Assembly (NCBI GenBank): GCA_016937995.1 | Contig: JAFGVM010000057.1 | Coordinates: forward strand, 61,526-81,525 | Length of the DNA stretch: 20,000 nucleotides | Direction of reading: 5' to 3' | Origin: Candidatus Delongbacteria bacterium | GTDB lineage: Bacteria; UBA4055 | In this document: positions 15,853 through 20,000 of the stretch, piece by piece | How positions within the stretch are numbered: the first letter of the stretch is position 1 | How the letters are laid out: every line of letters begins with the position of its first letter | Program-made: the position numbers and the translations under genes | The notes under the pieces: model-generated | The model's database searches: none | Seen by the model: only the letters and a program-made list of their open reading frames with translations | Told to the model about the DNA's origin: nothing

Positions 15853-15966
15853 TGTTGAACTTTGAACTTCTACACAAGATCGGTTTTCTCTCGAAGTAAC
15901 TTAGTGTTCCTAAGCTCTTTCTTGATAAAGTCCGATTTTCCTTGAATATTTTTGTTTATTAGCATT
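15853..15966 (+). ncRNA. ssrS: 6S RNA-like ncRNA, copy B
   Basis: TGTTGA/TTAGCA, AGATCGG/CCGATTT, GAAG/TTTC, CTTAG/CTAAG stems. Bubble motifs TACACAAGA and CCTTGAA resemble E. coli 6S (TACCACAAGA, CCTTGAAC). Colinear homolog of copy A with compensatory changes. Confidence 0.65.
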
Positions 15967-15994
15967 TTTTAAATAGATATTAAATAGTGAATAT

Positions 15995-16021
15995 AAAAGG
16001 GAGTGGTCCCTTTTTTTTTTT
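15995..16021 (+). terminator. Intrinsic terminator
   Basis: AAAAGGGA-gtgg-TCCCTTTT followed by a long T-run. Confidence 0.8.
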
Positions 16022-16040
16022 AAAATCAAAAAGTTATTTA

Positions 16041-16069
16041 TTGCTCTATTTAAACCGATATTGTAAATT
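16041..16069 (+). promoter_or_regulatory. Possible promoter giving a leaderless tsaC transcript
   Basis: TTGCTC, 17 nt, TAAATT ending 7 nt before ATG 16076. No Shine-Dalgarno is visible. Confidence 0.45.
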
Positions 16070-16075
16070 CTATAC

Positions 16076-16711
16076 ATGAGATGTAATAATGACATAAATG
16101 AATTTGTTAAGGTAATTGCCAGTCAAGGTCTGGTAATATTACCGACAGACACTATCTATGGGTTTTCCTGTCTTCCGACATCGATCCATGCTATTGATCG
16201 GATTAAAAGTATCAAGAAAAGGTCAGATAAACCATTTATTATCCTTGATACCGATATGAAAAGGATGAGATCATATTTTAAATATGCTTTTGCTGACAAG
16301 GTGGTCAGAGAGATGATAAATGATAAAGTATGGCCGGGCAAAGTGACAGTCATAGCAGAAAAGTGTGCTAAAATAGACTATCCGTTTTTATCAGACATTA
16401 ATACGATAGCTGTAAGATGGCCGGATAACGATCTGATAAATGAATTGAATACGAAACTGAATTCTGGAATCATCAGCACGAGTATTAATAATTCTGGAGA
16501 GAAGGAGATAAATTCTTTATCCGAGATCAAGCATAATTATCACGACAAGGTCGATCATATTTGGGAAGATAATTCAGAATGTAATATACCATCGTTAATA
16601 ATCAGGATAGACAGTGAGTACAAAAAATTAGTGGTTGTAAGAGATCCCGGTACAACTGAATCCAAAGAAATATTGTTTAAACTGGATAATATAATAAATA
16701 GATGCCGATAA
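16076..16711 (+). CDS. tsaC: L-threonylcarbamoyladenylate synthase (TsaC/Sua5/YrdC family)
   Basis: ILPTDTIYG, IKKRSDKP, WPGKVTVI, TIAVRWP, STSINNSG. Single-domain length of 211 aa. Confidence 0.9.
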   Translation: MRCNNDINEFVKVIASQGLVILPTDTIYGFSCLPTSIHAIDRIKSIKKRSDKPFIILDTDMKRMRSYFKYAFADKVVREMINDKVWPGKVTVIAEKCAKIDYPFLSDINTIAVRWPDNDLINELNTKLNSGIISTSINNSGEKEINSLSEIKHNYHDKVDHIWEDNSECNIPSLIIRIDSEYKKLVVVRDPGTTESKEILFKLDNIINRCR

Positions 16712-19700
16712 ATATTTATACTCAATATACAAAACCGGAAGGTTCGATCAAATTTGATGATCTTGTGGCTGAGGCTAAAAAACTGGGTATAGATGCACTG
16801 GCATTGACCGATCATGGTAATTTTTCGGGTATTGAAGAGTTTTATAATGCCGCATTAACGGCAGGGATCAAGCCGATAATAGGAATAGATGTTTTTTGTA
16901 AACTTGAAAATGAACATTTCATCAGATCAATATTCTATATAAAAAATGAAACCGGTTACCGTTCAATACTGGACCTGATAAGCAACTTCAAACTGGCTGA
17001 GGAAGGATTTTACTATTTTTCTGTAGACTATCTTAAAGGTCTTCATGATATAATTATGATGGTAAACCTTTTTAAAACAGATCATCTGTCATCTCTTGTC
17101 AAAATAGATACCGACATTGAAGAGATCCATACACGGTTAAAATATTCTGACCTCAGGATAAAATATTACTTTCAGGTAATAAAAGATGATTCACCCGGAA
17201 ATTCTCTCATAACTTCTAATATTTTAGAATATGCCAAGGATAATGAAATTGAGCTTATTGCTCAGAATCCGGTTTATTATCTTAAAAAGGGTGAAGAAGA
17301 TGTTGCAGAATTTATGTTGAAGATGGGAGGGATCTTGCAGGAAGGTAAAAAAGATAAAAATCAGTATCTGGGAAGCCTGGAAGATCTTGCACATTTTTTT
17401 CCGAAGGGATCAATAGAAAATAAACAGAAGATAATTAAAGAATGCAATTTCCTGATAAGTAAATTGCCGATCAGATATCCTGATTTTGAACTTAAAACAA
17501 AAATTGACTATTCTTTTAACGAAACTTTAAAAGATATGGTCTGGCAGCGTCTTGAGTTCACTAAAAATGAAGAGGACAGGGAGAAATTAAAAGATATAAT
17601 ATTTGCTGAATTAGCTTATATAAGAAAATTTAATATTGCAGATTATATAATTTTTCTAAAGGAGTTTAAGGAAGAGTATAAACAAAAGTTCAATGGTGGA
17701 ATATTTTTCACTGGATTTGTAAGTGATCTTTTCATTGCTCATGCACTTGGACTTACCTGGTCTTCACCACTTTATATCACTCAAGCTTATCACAGATCTA
17801 TGCTGAAAAGTAAAAAATTACATCCTGTAATAAACATTATAATAGCATCAGATAAAAGGGATGAGTTCATTGAATATGTAAGCGGGAAATTCGGGAAGGA
17901 TAAAGTATGTTATTTGAGTGAATATGTCCGCTGGCATTCATTATCTCTGATAAATACACTGGTCAAGGAGTTCAAAGTTGACAATTCCAGTAAGGATGTT
18001 TTTATCAAGCATTTGAGCACTTTGAGCAAATACGGTTCGATAAAAGATATTATGGCGCAGGAGGATGTGAAAAAACTTCTGGTACGTCATCCTGAATATA
18101 AAGATATTTTTGCAAAAGCGGTAAAAACTGACGGGTGCTTTAAAAATTATAGTACTAATTCCAGTCAGATCGTTATAGGGAGTAAACCTATTAAAGAATT
18201 ATTACCAGTAAGTAAGACTTCTAATCTGGAATCAGGCGTTCTAAGATCTTTTTATGATATAAACACAGCAAAGTATTTTGGAGTTTGGAATATTAACATA
18301 GAGTCTCATACATATTTATCAATACTTGCAGAAGCCACTTCTCTGATCGAATCCGATAAGACAAAGATAAATGAACTCGCTAAAAAATTAACTGAGAGAA
18401 TAAAAAATGAGGATACGGATCTGATTCCGTTCTTCTCTTATGATGTGAACCGGGTCAGGTATCTGGATTTTACAAAAAATTATTTATTGAATTTAGCATT
18501 ATATTTTGAAGCGGGAAGGTCAAAACTGGATATTATTTTCAAAGATGAAAAAGAAACTCCTCCTCTGAAGAAATTTGAAAATGACCTTAAGATCACTGGT
18601 GGATATGTAGTTTTCAGAGAGCAATTGTTCTATGTTTGTGAAAAATTATTCCCATCGCAAGAATTTTTAAGTCTTAAGCATGGTATTTACAATAGTTCAA
18701 TTTATAACCAGTTCCAGTTCATACTCGATAGGCATCATGATGATAAGAAGAATGCTCAAAAGATAACCTGGTTAAAGAAAAAGGTTATAAATTCCGTGTT
18801 CTATGCCTCTTTATCCGAAATATCACTGAAGATATTCACTTCTTTAAAAATTCTTGACCTGAAATTATCTAAACCTAAAAAGTTTTATGAGATATTTTTT
18901 GTCAAAGAGGTAGAGAAAGAGGGGAACTGGAGAAAATTATTGATTGATATCCTGCAGATAGGATATAAGATATCAAAATACAATTCGCAGACCATTGTTA
19001 AAAATATTCAACTGGATAAGCAAAATTTAGAATTCAAATTACCTTTGTACACTGTGAAAGGAATTTCCCATAAAGTTTCAGATGTGCTTTATGAATATTT
19101 CAGTTCATCAGGTTTTTTGAATTTCAAGGGTTTTCTGGAGACAATAGATAAAGAAGTGATCAAGCACAATATTGTTAGTTTATTGATCAAAGTAGGTTTC
19201 TTCGATGATTATGATTCAAACCGCAAACAATTATTGCAGATAAATGATATTTACTTCAGGGAATTGAAGAACGAAGCTGTTCAGGATGAATTATTCTCAG
19301 AGGGATATGTGGAGCTTCAGGACGATGAAGTGGACGATTATTCCATTTTTGAGAAGATAGAACTGGAAAAGGAGCTGGTCGGTTTTGCTATCAGTGAACT
19401 GTCTCATACCAAAGAGGAATTTCTAAGTTATATTAAGTTTGAAAATAATATTTTGATCAGCAATATTCTAAAATTCGATGCAGTGAGAAAAGAGATATAT
19501 TTTTTTAAGGATAATCAACCGATCGCTCTGAATTTTAATGATGAGTTTATTTTAGAAGAATCAGCATTTTATAAAGTGTGGTACAGTGAAGAGAACGATA
19601 TTACGCGGTATGAGGTTTTAGAGAATATTTATAAAGATTCTGCTTATGTTCTTTATGTATCTATTCCTTCCACCAATAAGGATATCCTGACCGGATTACT

Positions 19701-19863
19701 GGAAATGACAAGGGATGAGGGTAATTGTGAGATTGAGATATTGTTTTCAGATTCTTTTGAGATCGTGAAACCTGGAAAAAGTATTTTATTGACAAAAACT
19801 AATTTTGAAAAGATCAAAAAATTGCTGAAAGACCTACCGTTTTATTTCCAACCAAAGGAATAA
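16702..19863 (+). CDS. dnaE: DNA polymerase III alpha (DnaE) homolog, predicted catalytically inactive
   Basis: PHP (ALALTDHGN..G, GIKPIIG), ELAYI...ADY, ITGGYVVFREQ, HhH (VKGIS), LIKVGFFD, QDELF, EKELVGFAIS are all present. The palm motif PDIDxDF reads PVINIII. Confidence 0.85.
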   Translation: MPINIYTQYTKPEGSIKFDDLVAEAKKLGIDALALTDHGNFSGIEEFYNAALTAGIKPIIGIDVFCKLENEHFIRSIFYIKNETGYRSILDLISNFKLAEEGFYYFSVDYLKGLHDIIMMVNLFKTDHLSSLVKIDTDIEEIHTRLKYSDLRIKYYFQVIKDDSPGNSLITSNILEYAKDNEIELIAQNPVYYLKKGEEDVAEFMLKMGGILQEGKKDKNQYLGSLEDLAHFFPKGSIENKQKIIKECNFLISKLPIRYPDFELKTKIDYSFNETLKDMVWQRLEFTKNEEDREKLKDIIFAELAYIRKFNIADYIIFLKEFKEEYKQKFNGGIFFTGFVSDLFIAHALGLTWSSPLYITQAYHRSMLKSKKLHPVINIIIASDKRDEFIEYVSGKFGKDKVCYLSEYVRWHSLSLINTLVKEFKVDNSSKDVFIKHLSTLSKYGSIKDIMAQEDVKKLLVRHPEYKDIFAKAVKTDGCFKNYSTNSSQIVIGSKPIKELLPVSKTSNLESGVLRSFYDINTAKYFGVWNINIESHTYLSILAEATSLIESDKTKINELAKKLTERIKNEDTDLIPFFSYDVNRVRYLDFTKNYLLNLALYFEAGRSKLDIIFKDEKETPPLKKFENDLKITGGYVVFREQLFYVCEKLFPSQEFLSLKHGIYNSSIYNQFQFILDRHHDDKKNAQKITWLKKKVINSVFYASLSEISLKIFTSLKILDLKLSKPKKFYEIFFVKEVEKEGNWRKLLIDILQIGYKISKYNSQTIVKNIQLDKQNLEFKLPLYTVKGISHKVSDVLYEYFSSSGFLNFKGFLETIDKEVIKHNIVSLLIKVGFFDDYDSNRKQLLQINDIYFRELKNEAVQDELFSEGYVELQDDEVDDYSIFEKIELEKELVGFAISELSHTKEEFLSYIKFENNILISNILKFDAVRKEIYFFKDNQPIALNFNDEFILEESAFYKVWYSEENDITRYEVLENIYKDSAYVLYVSIPSTNKDILTGLLEMTRDEGNCEIEILFSDSFEIVKPGKSILLTKTNFEKIKKLLKDLPFYFQPKE

Positions 19864-19975
19864 AAATTATAATATCTTTCAAACTTTCTTTTGCTTGTAC
19901 GAAATATAGTGTTCCCCTGTTTTTAGGCACAAAATTTTCTTAAATTGTGTTAAAGAAACAGAGGAGAATCAAAAA

Positions 19976-20000
19976 ATGAACAAAAAGTCTCACTCATCAG
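19976..20000 (+). CDS. Start of next gene (truncated by window end)
   Basis: GAGGAG RBS at 19961-19966, ATG 19976, MNKKSHSS... open to the window end. Confidence 0.55.

Noticed and set aside
916-16815. Short antisense or alternate-frame ORFs in the track (e.g. 916-1206, 3829-4370, 6002-6941, 14421-14992, 15910-16095)
   Set aside because: They shadow well-supported genes or ncRNAs and show no RBS or recognisable motifs.
16702-19863. Calling the dnaE homolog a pseudogene or DnaE2
   Set aside because: The reading frame is intact over 1053 codons. DnaE2 enzymes keep their catalytic aspartates and usually sit with imuA/imuB.

Overview
AT-rich bacterial window from a diderm organism (outer-membrane beta-barrels, lipoproteins, a TonB-dependent receptor). 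In order it holds: the 3' end of metK; a small beta-barrel; a degenerate sulfatase-like protein; two FlgT-like envelope genes; a 6S-like ncRNA; and a P3-less Moco/Tuco riboswitch heading a short leader ORF and an operon (two-repeat lipoprotein, TonB-dependent receptor, TiaS-N-like DDTD protein, small 4-Cys protein, degenerate ABC exporter). Then come a second FlgT-like paralog, a Rep/UvrD helicase, a UPF0158-like gene, a second 6S-like ncRNA, tsaC/sua5, and a full-length DnaE homolog that lacks its catalytic aspartates but keeps a clamp-binding motif. The three best leads are the riboswitch-controlled candidate tungsten/Mo-cofactor uptake or salvage operon, the catalytically dead DnaE, and the two homologous 6S-like RNAs about 10.3 kb apart. 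All family calls come from motif recognition by eye, not from database searches.
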